Of a stretch of DNA of 64,000 nucleotides, positions 47,301 to 57,692 are shown piece after piece. The notes beneath the pieces are model-generated. The model did no database searches. It had not been told where the DNA came from and worked only from the letters and a program-made list of their open reading frames with translations. How positions within the stretch are numbered: the first letter of the stretch is position 1; every line of letters begins with the position of its first letter. The DNA is from Alphaproteobacteria bacterium (GTDB lineage Bacteria; Pseudomonadota; Alphaproteobacteria; Bin95), in assembly GCA_965205265.1 (NCBI GenBank), contig CBDBGH010000003.1, positions 32,001 through 96,000 of the forward strand, given 5' to 3'. The translations under genes were made by a program, and so were the position numbers.

Positions 47301-48839
47301 ATGACTTTCAGGAAATTTGCAGGCGTTGCGGCGTCTATAGCCGGCGCGGCGATGCTCGCAACCTCGGCCAGCGCCGGACCGGACGACGATTCGCTCATTA
47401 TCGCATGGGGTTCTACCGGCCCCATCGAGAATGTGGACAACTATTTCAACACCAACCGGACGGGCATCTGGTTCAGCCGCATGGTCTGGGACCAGCTGAT
47501 CTACCGCGAGCCGAAGACCTTCGAATACAAGCCGCTGCTGGCGACGAGCTGGGAGCTGCTGAACGACACGACCTGGCAGTTCAAGCTGCGCGAAGGCGTC
47601 AAGTTCCATAATGGCGAGCCGTTCGATGCCGACGATGTGGTCTTCACGCTGAACTGGATTTCGAACCCGGACAACGGCGTCAAGGTGCAGCGCAACGTCA
47701 ACTGGATCGACCGGGCCGAGAAGGTGGACCGGTACACCGTCAACCTGCACATGAAGAAGCCGTTCCCGCAGGCGTTCGAGTTCCTGTCGGGGCCGCTGAC
47801 GATCTATCCGAACGAGTATTACGCCGAAGTCGGCCCGGAAGGCATGGGCAAGAAGCCGGTCGGCACGGGCCCGATGAAGGTCGTCTCGATCAAGACCGCC
47901 GAGGAATATGTCTTCGAGAAGAACGAGGACTACACCTGGGGCAGCCCGAAGGGCGAGGCGCAGGTCTCCAAGATGGTCGTGCGCGAGATCGCCGATGTGC
48001 AGACCCAGATTGCCGAACTGCTGGCAGGCGGCATCGACGTGACCGCCGACATTTCGGCCGACCATGTGGACCAGATCGGCCAGGTGCCGGGATACAAGGC
48101 CCTCCAGGCCGGCACGATGCGCACCGGCTATATCGGCTTCGACGCCGCCGGGCGCGGCAATTTCGAGCCGACCACGAAGCTGAAGGTGCGCCAGGCGATG
48201 GCCCATGCGATCGACCGCGCTTCGCTCGTGAAGAACCTGATCCGCGGCGATGCCGGCGTCATCCACACGCCGTGCTTCCCGACCCAGTTCGGCTGCGACG
48301 CCGAGGCGGCGGTCAGATACGAATTCGACCCCGAGAAGGCCAAGGCGCTGCTCGCCGAGGCGGGATATCCGGACGGGTTCGAGATCGACTTCTACACCTT
48401 CCGTCCCGCGGACTGGGCCGAAGCGATCATGGGCGACCTGGCCAAGGTCGGCATCAGGGCGACGCTCACGAAAATGCCCTATTTCGCGCTGCGCGACAAA
48501 CAGCGCAACGAGGGCACGACGCCGATGTTTCTGATGGACTGGGGCTCCTATTCGATGAACGACATGTCGGCGATCACCAGCCACTTCTTCAAGAAGGGGC
48601 CGGACGATTTCGCGCTCGACAACGAGGTGGCCGCCTGGCTGGAAGAGGGCGACACGAGCTCCGACCCCGAGGTGCGCAAGGCCGCCTACCGCAAGGCCGT
48701 CGAGAAGATCACGCGCGAGGTCTATTGGCTGCCGATGTTCAACCATGTCCGGAACTACGCCTATCGCGAGGAACTGAACTTCATCCCCTACCAGGATGAG
48801 ATTCCGCGCTTCTGGCAATATGGCTGGGCGAGCAGCTGA
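47301..48839 (+). CDS. Peptide ABC substrate-binding protein (family 5)
   Basis: LATSWE, LREGVKFHNG and PVGTGP motifs. Confidence 0.95.
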   Translation: MTFRKFAGVAASIAGAAMLATSASAGPDDDSLIIAWGSTGPIENVDNYFNTNRTGIWFSRMVWDQLIYREPKTFEYKPLLATSWELLNDTTWQFKLREGVKFHNGEPFDADDVVFTLNWISNPDNGVKVQRNVNWIDRAEKVDRYTVNLHMKKPFPQAFEFLSGPLTIYPNEYYAEVGPEGMGKKPVGTGPMKVVSIKTAEEYVFEKNEDYTWGSPKGEAQVSKMVVREIADVQTQIAELLAGGIDVTADISADHVDQIGQVPGYKALQAGTMRTGYIGFDAAGRGNFEPTTKLKVRQAMAHAIDRASLVKNLIRGDAGVIHTPCFPTQFGCDAEAAVRYEFDPEKAKALLAEAGYPDGFEIDFYTFRPADWAEAIMGDLAKVGIRATLTKMPYFALRDKQRNEGTTPMFLMDWGSYSMNDMSAITSHFFKKGPDDFALDNEVAAWLEEGDTSSDPEVRKAAYRKAVEKITREVYWLPMFNHVRNYAYREELNFIPYQDEIPRFWQYGWASS

Positions 48840-48929
48840 CGCCGCTTCGCCTCCGCAAGGGGGCGGCGACAGGGCAGGGCGGGCCGCGTTCCCGCCCTGC
48901 CGTTCCTTCGACCGTCGGAGAGCGGCGGA

Positions 48930-49847
48930 ATGCCGGCCTATACGCTCAAGCGGACCTTCGTTGCGTTCCTGATCCTGATCGTCGTGTCGGGGCTGACCTT
49001 CTCGCTCAGCCACCTCTCGGCCGATCCGGCGCTGACCATCGGAGGCGAACAGGCGAGCGAGGAGGACATCCAGGCGATCCGCAAGCTCTACGGCTTCGAC
49101 CGGCCGATCCATGTCCAGTATCTCGACTGGCTCGGCCGCGCGCTCTCCGGCGATTTCGGCGAGAGCTACCACTACAAGCAGCGCGTCTTCGACATGGTCT
49201 CCGAGCGGATCGGGCGGACCATGCTCCTCGGCACGCTGGCGATCCTGTTTGCGCTGGCCGTCTCGATTCCCCTGGGCACGCTCGCCGCGATGCGGCCCAA
49301 TTCGATCATCGACCGGATCGCCCTGTTCATAGCGGTCCTCGGCCAGGCGCTGCCGACCTTCTGGTTCGCGCTGATGATGATCATCGTCTTCGGCGTCTGG
49401 TGGCGCTGGCTGCCGATTTCGGGCCACACGCAGTGGGCCAACTACGTCATGCCCACCATTGCGCTCGGCTACTACGCCACGCCCGCGCTGATGCGCCTGA
49501 CCCGCGCCGGCATGATCGAGGTGCTGGGGTCGGACTATATCCGCACGGCGCGCGCCAAGGGGCTGAGCCCGGCCTCGGTGCTCTTCAAGCATGCGCTCAG
49601 GAACGCGATCATCCCGGTCGTCGCGCTGGCGGCCGTGTGGTTCGGTTTCATGCTGGGCGGCTCGATAGTCATTGAGACGATCTTCAACCTCAAGGGCATC
49701 GGCTGGCTCTCCTACGATGCGCTGCTGCGCTCGGACTTGCCGGTGGTGCAGGCGATCGTGCTGGTCTTCGCCTCGTTCTATGTGGTGCTGACCTTGCTGG
49801 CGGACCTGCTCAACGCCTATCTCGACCCGCGAATCTCGGTGCGCTGA
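48930..49847 (+). CDS. Peptide ABC permease (DppB-like)
   Basis: GDFGES, DYIRTARAKG and HALRNA motifs. Confidence 0.95.
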   Translation: MPAYTLKRTFVAFLILIVVSGLTFSLSHLSADPALTIGGEQASEEDIQAIRKLYGFDRPIHVQYLDWLGRALSGDFGESYHYKQRVFDMVSERIGRTMLLGTLAILFALAVSIPLGTLAAMRPNSIIDRIALFIAVLGQALPTFWFALMMIIVFGVWWRWLPISGHTQWANYVMPTIALGYYATPALMRLTRAGMIEVLGSDYIRTARAKGLSPASVLFKHALRNAIIPVVALAAVWFGFMLGGSIVIETIFNLKGIGWLSYDALLRSDLPVVQAIVLVFASFYVVLTLLADLLNAYLDPRISVR

Positions 49848-49856
49848 GGGGCTCCC

Positions 49857-50783
49857 ATGACCGATACCGGCACTGCCAGATCCCTCGCCTTCCGGCAGCG
49901 GCAGACGGCCGAGGAAATCCTCGAACCCTCGCCCTGGTCCAAGCTCCGCAGGCGCATCGTCGGCAACCACAGCTTCCTGATCGGCGCCGTCATCCTCATC
50001 GCCATCTTTGCGGTGGCGGTCCTGGCCCCGCTGCTCGCGCCGCACGACCCCTACGACCAGGACCTCGCGAAACGCCTGACCAACCCGTTCTGGCATGAGA
50101 AGAAGATCGATCCCGAACATGCGCTCGGCACCGACAAGGTGGGCCGGGACTATCTCTCGCGGCTCATCTACGGCAGCCAGATTTCGCTGCTTATCGGGTT
50201 CTCAACCATGCTGATCTCGGGCGTCATCGGCACGGTGCTGGGCGTGACGGCGGGCTATTTCGGCGGGCGCGTGGACATGGTGGTGAACTTCATCATCAAC
50301 ACGCGGCTCGCCATGCCGGTCTTCCTGGTGGCGATGGCGGCGGTGGTGGCTTTCGGCGCCTCGCTCACCGTGGTGATCCTCGTGCTCGGGCTGTTCCTCT
50401 GGGACCGCTTCGCCGTGGTGATGCGCAGCATCACCATGCAGGCGCGCGACCTCGATTATGTAAAGGCGGCGCGCGCCATGGGCTGCTCCACGCCCTATAT
50501 CATCGTGCGCGAGATCTTTCCCAATGTGCTCTCGTCGCTGACCGTTGTTGCGACGGTCGAGATGGCGAACGCGATCCTGCTCGAAGCCGCGCTCTCCTTC
50601 CTCGGCTTCGGCGTGCAGGCGCCGACGCCGAGCTGGGGCCTGATGCTGAACGAGGGGCGCGAATACATGTTCTTTTCGCCCTGGCTGCTGGCGCTGCCAG
50701 GCGTGTGCCTGTTCATGCTCGTGCTTGCCATCAACCTCTTCGGCGACGGGCTGCGCGATGTCACGCTCGAACGGGAACGCTGA
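49857..50783 (+). CDS. Peptide ABC permease (DppC-like)
   Basis: LGTD..GRD and EAALSFLGFG motifs. Confidence 0.95.
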   Translation: MTDTGTARSLAFRQRQTAEEILEPSPWSKLRRRIVGNHSFLIGAVILIAIFAVAVLAPLLAPHDPYDQDLAKRLTNPFWHEKKIDPEHALGTDKVGRDYLSRLIYGSQISLLIGFSTMLISGVIGTVLGVTAGYFGGRVDMVVNFIINTRLAMPVFLVAMAAVVAFGASLTVVILVLGLFLWDRFAVVMRSITMQARDLDYVKAARAMGCSTPYIIVREIFPNVLSSLTVVATVEMANAILLEAALSFLGFGVQAPTPSWGLMLNEGREYMFFSPWLLALPGVCLFMLVLAINLFGDGLRDVTLERER

Positions 50784-50784
50784 G

Positions 50785-51798
50785 ATGGCGTCCCAGACGA
50801 TCCTCGAGGTCGAGAACCTGCGCGTCGATATCCCCGTCGCGGCCGGGATGCTGCATCCCGTGCGCGGCATCGGCTTCTCGGTCTCGCGCGGCGAGACGCT
50901 GTGCATCGTCGGCGAGTCGGGCTGCGGCAAGTCGCTGACCTCGCTCGCGGTCATGGGGCTTCTGCCGAAGACCGCCCGGCGCACCGCCGACCGGATGGAT
51001 TTTCTCGGCCGCGATATCCGCAATTTCCGCGAGCGTGAGATGGCGCGGCTGCGCGGCGGCTCCATGTCGATGATCTTCCAGGAGCCGATGACCTCGCTCA
51101 ACCCGTCCTACACCATCGGCAACCAGCTGGCGGAAGTCTATCTGCGCCATGTGGAGCAGAACCGCGCGGCGGCGCGCGACCGGGCGGTCTTCCTGCTCGA
51201 AAAGGTCGGCATCTCGTCCGCCGCCTCGCGCCTCGGCCAGTATCCCCACCAGCTTTCCGGCGGGCAGCGCCAGCGCGTCATGATCGCCATGGCGCTGATG
51301 TGCGGGCCGGAGCTGATTATCGCGGATGAGCCGACGACAGCGCTCGACGTCACCATCCAGGCCCAGATCCTCCACCTGCTGGCCGAGCTGCAGCGCGAAT
51401 TCCGGATGGGCATGATCCTCATCACCCACGATCTCGGCATCGTCGCGCGCGTGGCCGACAAGGTGCAGGTCATGTATGCGGGCAAGACGGTCGAGGAGGG
51501 GCCCTGCGAGACGGTCTTCGATGCGCCGATGCACCCCTATACCCAGGGGCTGCTGCGCTGCATCCCGGTTCCGGGCCGGACCCGGCGCGGCGAACGCCTC
51601 GGCTCGGTCCCCGGCATCGTGCCGAACCTCGTCGGCGACCTTGCCGGCTGCATGTTCCGCAACCGCTGCGACTATGCGGGCGAAGCCTGCGCCGGCATGC
51701 CGGACGAGCCGACGCGCATGGGCGACGGCCACGCCTATACCTGCCTGCGCACGCCGGAAGAGGTGCTGGGCGAACGGCAGGCGGCGGGGGCGCCATGA
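50785..51798 (+). CDS. Peptide ABC ATPase (DppD-like)
   Basis: GESGCGKS, FQEPMTSLNP and ADEPTTALD motifs. Confidence 0.95.
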   Translation: MASQTILEVENLRVDIPVAAGMLHPVRGIGFSVSRGETLCIVGESGCGKSLTSLAVMGLLPKTARRTADRMDFLGRDIRNFREREMARLRGGSMSMIFQEPMTSLNPSYTIGNQLAEVYLRHVEQNRAAARDRAVFLLEKVGISSAASRLGQYPHQLSGGQRQRVMIAMALMCGPELIIADEPTTALDVTIQAQILHLLAELQREFRMGMILITHDLGIVARVADKVQVMYAGKTVEEGPCETVFDAPMHPYTQGLLRCIPVPGRTRRGERLGSVPGIVPNLVGDLAGCMFRNRCDYAGEACAGMPDEPTRMGDGHAYTCLRTPEEVLGERQAAGAP

Positions 51799-52796
51799 CC
51801 GAGGCCGCCGCGCTCGAAACGGTGGATGTCACCTGCGTCTTCCAGGTGAGCCAGGGACTGCTGCGCGGCTCCAAACCGCTCCGCGCCGTCAACGGCGTCT
51901 CGTTGAAGATACCCAGGGGCCAGGTCGTGGGGCTGGTGGGCGAGTCCGGCTGCGGCAAGAGCACGATGGCGAATATCCTGCTCGGCCTGCAACGGCCGAG
52001 CTCGGGGGATGTGCTCTATTCCGGCAACAGCGCGGCCGGGTTCTCCCGTCGCGAAATCGCACGCCGGATCCAGCCGATCTTCCAGGACCCCTATTCCTCG
52101 CTCAACCCGACCAAGACCATCGAATCCATCATCTCCCAGCCGCTCAGGATCCATAATGTCGGCGCGCCGTCGGAATGGTCCGGCAGGGTCGGCGAAATGC
52201 TCGATGTCGTGGGCCTGCCGCGCCGGGTGGCGTCGAGCTATCCGAGCCAGCTCTCGGGCGGCCAGCGCCAGCGCGTGGCGATCGCGCGCGCGCTCATCAT
52301 GCGCCCGGAGGTGGTGATCTGCGACGAGCCGACTTCGGCGCTCGATGTCTCGGTGCAGAGCCAGATCCTCAACCTGCTGCAGGACCTGAAGGAGGAACTC
52401 GGCCTCACCTATCTGCTCATCAGCCACAATCTGGCGGTCGTCCAACATATGGCCGACAGGGTGGCGGTGATGTATCTCGGCCGCATCGTCGAGGAGGCCG
52501 ACTCGGGCACGCTCTTCGGCGACCCGCGCCATCCCTATACCCGCGCCCTGCTCGGCTCGGTGCTGACGCCCGATCCGCGCCTCGGCGTGCCCGACACGCA
52601 TCTCGGCGCCGTCTTCCCGAACCCGCTGGACCCGCCGCCCGGCTGCTCGTTCCATCCGCGCTGCCCGGAGTGCATGGAGATCTGCAGGTCCGAGCCGCCC
52701 CGGCCGGCCTCGGAGGGCGGCCACAACACCGAATGCCATCTCTATAACGGCGCCGGCGTGTCCCGGACCGCTACCCAGTCAAGGGGGACTCCATGA
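51795..52796 (+). CDS. Peptide ABC ATPase (DppF-like)
   Basis: GESGCGKST, FQDPYSSLNP and CDEPTSALD motifs. Confidence 0.95.
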   Translation: MTEAAALETVDVTCVFQVSQGLLRGSKPLRAVNGVSLKIPRGQVVGLVGESGCGKSTMANILLGLQRPSSGDVLYSGNSAAGFSRREIARRIQPIFQDPYSSLNPTKTIESIISQPLRIHNVGAPSEWSGRVGEMLDVVGLPRRVASSYPSQLSGGQRQRVAIARALIMRPEVVICDEPTSALDVSVQSQILNLLQDLKEELGLTYLLISHNLAVVQHMADRVAVMYLGRIVEEADSGTLFGDPRHPYTRALLGSVLTPDPRLGVPDTHLGAVFPNPLDPPPGCSFHPRCPECMEICRSEPPRPASEGGHNTECHLYNGAGVSRTATQSRGTP

Positions 52797-54250
52797 AAGT
52801 CTTCATCGCTTGCCTCGGGACCGAGACCAACACCTTCTCGTCCATGCCGACCGGTTTGCAGACCTTCGAGGACACCATGCTTTTCCGCGGCGACGCCACC
52901 CGGCGCCCCGCCTCTACCTTCAGCCTGCCGCTGCATGTCTGGCGCAAGGCCGCGGAGGAGCGCCAGGGCGAGGTTGTGGAGAGCCTCGCCGCTTTCGCCC
53001 AGCCCGCCGGGCTTACCGTGCGCAGGGTCTATGAGGGCCTTCGCGACGAGATACTGGACGACCTCCGCGCGGCGATGCCGGTCGACATCGTGCTCCTGTC
53101 CATGCACGGTGCCATGACGGCCGAGGGCTATGAGGACTGCGAGGGCGACCTGCTCGCCCGCGTGCGCGGGATCGTCGGGCCGGATGCCGTTGTCGGGGGC
53201 GAGCTGGACCTCCACTGCTCGATCACGCCGAAGATGGTCGAGAACGCGGATGCGCTGGTTACGTTCAAGGAATATCCGCATATCGACGGCGGCGCACGCG
53301 CGGCCGAGCTGTTCGACATCTGCCTCGCCGCCCACAAAGGCGACGCGAAACCGGTCATGGCCGTCCATGACTGCCGGATGGTCGGCATGTGGCGCACGCC
53401 CGTCGAGCCGGTGCGGGGCCTGGTCGGGGACATGCAGGCGGCGGAGGGCAGGGACGGCATCCTCTCCGTCTCCTTCGCGCACGGCTTCCCTTGGCAGGAC
53501 GTGCCGGAAACCACGGCCAGGGTGCTGGTCGTGGCCGATGGCGACGCCGCTCTCGCGGCCGGGACCGCAAAGGCCTTCGGGCAGCGGATCTGGGAGCTGC
53601 GCGACGAGACCGGGCAGGACACCGTGACCGTCGACGAGGCGCTGGACCTGATCGAAGCCGGCCCCGGCCCGGTGGTGGTCGCCGATGTCGCCGACAATGC
53701 CGGCGGCGGCGCGCCCTCGGACTCGACCTTCCTGCTGGCCCGCGCGCTCGAACGCGGCGCGACGGGCCTGCTCTCCGGCTATTACTGGGACCCGGTCGCC
53801 GTGCGCTTCTGCGAGGAGGCGGGCGAGGGCGCCGCCTTGCGGCTCCGGGTCGGCGGCAAATGCGGGCCGGACTCCGGCTGGCCTGTGGACTTGGCCGTGA
53901 CGGTGAAGCGCATCCTGGAGGGCGCTTCGCAGACCTTCGGCGAGGCCACCATGAGCATGGGCACGGCCGTCTGGCTCTCGTCGGACGCCGGCATCGATCT
54001 CATCCTCACATCGACCCGCACGCAGGTCTTCCATCCGGACGGCATGACCCAGCTCGGCATCGACCCGGCGAGCTACAGGGGCATCGCCGTCAAATCGACC
54101 CAGCATTTCTATGCCGGCTTCGCGCCCCTCGCATCGCGGATCGCCTATGTCGCCTGCGAAGGCGCCATCCCGCCCGATTTCGCGACGATCCCCTATGAGC
54201 GCTTCGCCGCTCCCTACTGGCCGAGAGTGGAGAATCCCCGCGAGGACTGA
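52793..54250 (+). CDS. M81 family metallopeptidase (MlrC-like)
   Basis: ETNTFS, MHGAM, DLHC, YPHID, DNAGGG and VKSTQHF motifs. Confidence 0.92.
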   Translation: MKVFIACLGTETNTFSSMPTGLQTFEDTMLFRGDATRRPASTFSLPLHVWRKAAEERQGEVVESLAAFAQPAGLTVRRVYEGLRDEILDDLRAAMPVDIVLLSMHGAMTAEGYEDCEGDLLARVRGIVGPDAVVGGELDLHCSITPKMVENADALVTFKEYPHIDGGARAAELFDICLAAHKGDAKPVMAVHDCRMVGMWRTPVEPVRGLVGDMQAAEGRDGILSVSFAHGFPWQDVPETTARVLVVADGDAALAAGTAKAFGQRIWELRDETGQDTVTVDEALDLIEAGPGPVVVADVADNAGGGAPSDSTFLLARALERGATGLLSGYYWDPVAVRFCEEAGEGAALRLRVGGKCGPDSGWPVDLAVTVKRILEGASQTFGEATMSMGTAVWLSSDAGIDLILTSTRTQVFHPDGMTQLGIDPASYRGIAVKSTQHFYAGFAPLASRIAYVACEGAIPPDFATIPYERFAAPYWPRVENPRED

Positions 54251-54285
54251 AGGGCGGACCTAGCGGAAAGACTTCAGGAGCGGGA

Positions 54286-54361
54286 TGGTGCCGCGCGCAG
54301 GATTCGAACCCGCGGCCTGCCGATTACAAATCGGCTGCTCTACCGACTGAGCTAGCGCGGC
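54286..54361 (-). tRNA. tRNA-Thr (TGT)
   Basis: GCCGCGCTAGCTCAGTCGGTAGAGC...TTTGTAA...GGTTCGAATCC...ACCA cloverleaf. Confidence 0.97.
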
Positions 54362-54368
54362 ATCGGGC

Positions 54369-55373
54369 CTATTCTAGCCGCTCGCCGCCGCCCGCGATAC
54401 GGCCCGCAGCCGGGGCGAAGCTGCGGCGGTATCGAGCAGGCGTGGTGCCGACGAGGCGGCGGAAATGGTGGCGCAGCGTCTCGACGGAGCCGAAGCCCGC
54501 CTCGGCCGCGATCCGTTCCACCGGGAGCCGCGTCGTCTCCGCAAGCTCGCGGGCGCGGGCGACGCGCTGGCGGATGAGCCACGCGCCGGGCGTCGTCCCT
54601 AGCGTCTGCCGGAAGCGGCGCTGGAACGCGCGGAGGCTCATGCCGGCCCGGCCCGCCAGGTCGGCCACGGTCAGCGGCTCGTCGAGATGGGCCGGCAGCC
54701 AGTCGAGCAGGGCGGCCAGCCGGCCGTTGCCTGCCTCGCGGGCAAGCGGGGTGGCCACGAATTGCTGCTGGCCGCCGTCCCGGTGCGGGGCCAGCACCAG
54801 CCGGCGGGCGACATCGTTCGCGACTGCCGCGCCGTGGTCCCGGCGGACGATATGGAGGCAGAGGTCGAGGCCCGCCGCGCTGCCGGCCGAGGTCAGCACC
54901 AGGCCTTCGTCCACATAGAGGACATCTGGGTCCACCCGGATGTCCGGGTAGCGCCGGGCCAGCAGCTCCGCATAGCGCCAGTGGGTGGTGGCGCGCCTGC
55001 CGTCGAGCACGCCGGCAGCCGCCAGCACGAAGACGCCCGAGCAGATGGAGACCAGCCGCCCGCCGCGTTCCGGGACGCGCCTCAGCGCTTCCAACAGGGG
55101 CCGGGGCGCGGGCGCATCCGCATCCCGCCAGCCCGGCACGACAACGGTGTCGGCGCGCTCGATCAGGGCGAGATCGTAAGGCGCTTCGACGACGAGCCCG
55201 CCGGCGGCGCGGAGCGGGCCGGGCTCGGCCGCGCAGACATCGAAGCGGTACCAGGGGCGGTCCAGCTCCGGCCGGGGCAGGCCGAAGATTTCGTATGTGC
55301 AGCCGAATTCGAAGGTGCAGAGACCGTCATAGGCGAGCGCGACGACATGCGAGTGGGGCGGACGGTCCGGCAT
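54369..55373 (-). CDS. ftrA: AraC-family regulator with DJ-1/PfpI domain (FtrA-like)
   Basis: YDGLCTFEFG, SICSG and TSAGSAAGLD motifs; AraC HTH. Confidence 0.85.
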   Translation of the reverse strand: MPDRPPHSHVVALAYDGLCTFEFGCTYEIFGLPRPELDRPWYRFDVCAAEPGPLRAAGGLVVEAPYDLALIERADTVVVPGWRDADAPAPRPLLEALRRVPERGGRLVSICSGVFVLAAAGVLDGRRATTHWRYAELLARRYPDIRVDPDVLYVDEGLVLTSAGSAAGLDLCLHIVRRDHGAAVANDVARRLVLAPHRDGGQQQFVATPLAREAGNGRLAALLDWLPAHLDEPLTVADLAGRAGMSLRAFQRRFRQTLGTTPGAWLIRQRVARARELAETTRLPVERIAAEAGFGSVETLRHHFRRLVGTTPARYRRSFAPAAGRIAGGGERLE

Positions 55374-55471
55374 AATGGCGCGATCTTACCGAAAATGGGC
55401 AAAAGCGCCACGGGACTGTTCCCCGGCTGCGCTCATCATGGACGCCGGCCCGATAGTCCAAGGAATGGCCG

Positions 55472-56086
55472 ATGTTCCGCCTTTACGACAACCATACCTC
55501 CGGCAATGGCTACAAGCCGCGCCTGCTGCTCGCCCATCTGGGCCGCGAGTTCGAGCGCATCGAGGTGGATATCGACAAGGGGGCCTCCCGCATGCCCGCC
55601 TTCCTGGAGAAGAACCCCAACGGGCGCATTCCGGTGCTGGAGTTCGAGGACGGGACCTGCCTCGCGGAGTCGAACGCCATCCTTTTCTATCTGGCGGAGG
55701 GCTCGCGCTTCCTTCCTTCGGACCGGCTGGCGCGCGCGCAGACCCTGCAATGGATGTTCTTCGAGCAATACAGCCACGAGCCCTATATTGCGGTGGTCCG
55801 CCACTGGCTCCATCTCGGCGCGCTGACGGACCTTCAGCGCGCGCAGCTTCCGGCGAAGCGGGAGGGCGGCCATGCGGCGCTCGCGGTGATGGAGGGCCAT
55901 CTGGGCCGGGCGGACTGGTTCGGCGGCGAGGGGATGACCATCGCCGACATCGCGCTCTACGCCTATACCCATGTGGCCGATGAGGGGAACTTCGACCTCG
56001 ACGCCTATCCGGGCGTACGCGCCTGGCTCGACCGGGTCGCGGCGGAGCCCGGGCATGTCCCGATGGCGGTCGAGGGTTTATCCTGA
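55472..56086 (+). CDS. Glutathione S-transferase family protein
   Basis: SGNGYK, NPNGRIP, ESNAIL and TIADI motifs. Confidence 0.93.
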   Translation: MFRLYDNHTSGNGYKPRLLLAHLGREFERIEVDIDKGASRMPAFLEKNPNGRIPVLEFEDGTCLAESNAILFYLAEGSRFLPSDRLARAQTLQWMFFEQYSHEPYIAVVRHWLHLGALTDLQRAQLPAKREGGHAALAVMEGHLGRADWFGGEGMTIADIALYAYTHVADEGNFDLDAYPGVRAWLDRVAAEPGHVPMAVEGLS

Positions 56087-56137
56087 CGGGGAACCCGACC
56101 GGAGCCTGCCGCCCGGCGGCAAGAGAGGGAATGAGCG

Positions 56138-56617
56138 ATGACGAACGACAAGGCGCCGGCCGCCATTGCGGCCGCCGACGTGCCGCCCCGGACGAAGCCG
56201 TCCAACTATCCGGAGCCCTTCGCCGGCCGCATGGCGCGGCGGCAGAAGCGGGCGCTCGGCGATTTCTTCGGCCTCACGAATTTCGGCGTGAACCTGACCA
56301 GGATCGCGCCGGGCGGCGAATCCGCGCTGATGCACACCCACAGCAAACAGGACGAGCTGGTCTATGTGCTGGAGGGCGAGGCGGTGCTGGCGACCCCGTC
56401 CGGCGAAACGCGGCTCACCGCCGGCATGTGCGCCGGCTTCCCGGCCCGGGGCGAGGCGCATCATATCCTGAACCGCAGCGACCGGGACCTGGTGATTCTC
56501 GAAATCGGCGACCGACCGGAAGGCGATGAGGGCAGCTACCCCCAGGACGACATCCAGGCCGTCATGGGCGCGGACGGCAAATGGCGCTTCACCCGCAAGG
56601 ACGGCAAGCCCTACTGA
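56138..56617 (+). CDS. Cupin domain protein
   Basis: FGLTNFGVN, HTHSKQDE and AHHILN motifs. Confidence 0.9.
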   Translation: MTNDKAPAAIAAADVPPRTKPSNYPEPFAGRMARRQKRALGDFFGLTNFGVNLTRIAPGGESALMHTHSKQDELVYVLEGEAVLATPSGETRLTAGMCAGFPARGEAHHILNRSDRDLVILEIGDRPEGDEGSYPQDDIQAVMGADGKWRFTRKDGKPY

Positions 56618-56653
56618 AACGGGGACGGAGTCGCCGGGCGCACCGGGGGCGGT

Positions 56654-57643
56654 TCAGCGCTCATAGTGTTCGGCCTCGCGCGGGCCGGCCCGCATGTCGT
56701 CGATGGCCCGAGTGACATCCTCGACCGCTGCTTCCAGACGCGCGACGACCGCCTCCGGGTCCGGTTGGAAGGGCAGGGTCTCGATCAGCGCGCCGAGCCG
56801 TCCTTGCGCCCGCCAGGCAGCATGCCTGGCCAGCTCCGTATAGATCGTCTCCTCGTCGTCGATGCCGAAGAGGTCGCGCGCGCGGCTCTGGTCGTCCCGG
56901 CTCCGGTCGAGGGCGACATAGGCGTTGACCATGGTGATGCGCTCGGCCCGCTCGGCGAGGGGGGCGGCGCGATGCACGACCATATTGCCGTGGAGCGCGA
57001 TCGCGTAGCCGGGGCCGGGAAATTCCGGGACGACGACCCGGTCCCGGGGCGGGGTTCTGCCTTCGGCGGCGAGGGCAGCAGCTTCGGCCTTCGTGCCCGT
57101 GAAATATTCGAACCGGCCGCCGGCGATCCGGGCCGGGTCGGTGACCATCATCACGTAGTCCAGCGGGACGGTATCGCGATGCCACTTGTCGACCGCCTCC
57201 GCCGGATCGGCGGGTTCGAAGTTCATGTGTCCGAGATGCACGGGCATGGAATGCGGCGCAACCGGCGCGCCGTAAATCGCGGACATGGCCTCTGCGACCT
57301 CCGGGCTGATGCACAGGTCCCGAAGCCAGCGGGACCGGTAGCAGCCGCCGCGCACGACGTTCTCTATGCGGTTGCCGGCGCGGGTCGCCCAGGGCCGCAA
57401 GCGCCGGGCGGTCTCCAGCATGATCTCCGCGCCCGCCTTGGAGAGCAGGCGGAAGGGCGACGAAACCGCAACCGGCGTGGCCGTCGGCTCGATCTCTTCC
57501 TCGCTGTAGCCGAACTCGGCGAGCCCGGTCACGCTTGCCGGCGGCTCCAGCGCCAGATGCCTGCCGGGATCGAAGGGAACTTCGTCCGGGAGCCACTCAT
57601 AGCCGGCCGGGCGCCGGTCCGGAAACGGTATGGCGACATTCAT
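56654..57643 (-). CDS. Probable Fe(II)/2OG-dependent oxygenase of unknown substrate
   Basis: WHRD (HxD), GGRFEY, distal H in VVHRA and RITMVN. Confidence 0.7.
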   Translation of the reverse strand: MNVAIPFPDRRPAGYEWLPDEVPFDPGRHLALEPPASVTGLAEFGYSEEEIEPTATPVAVSSPFRLLSKAGAEIMLETARRLRPWATRAGNRIENVVRGGCYRSRWLRDLCISPEVAEAMSAIYGAPVAPHSMPVHLGHMNFEPADPAEAVDKWHRDTVPLDYVMMVTDPARIAGGRFEYFTGTKAEAAALAAEGRTPPRDRVVVPEFPGPGYAIALHGNMVVHRAAPLAERAERITMVNAYVALDRSRDDQSRARDLFGIDDEETIYTELARHAAWRAQGRLGALIETLPFQPDPEAVVARLEAAVEDVTRAIDDMRAGPREAEHYER

Positions 57644-57692
57644 CGCGCGGCTGGCCTCTTCATTGCCCTGCATCGGGCGGCGGACCCGTGAG

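Noticed and set aside
52793-54250. Microcystin degradation pathway
   Set aside because: M81/MlrC homologues are widespread and no mlrA-type gene is present.
54250-54369. Integrated element at tRNA-Thr
   Set aside because: No duplicated tRNA 3' end or integrase; ordinary genes flank it directly.
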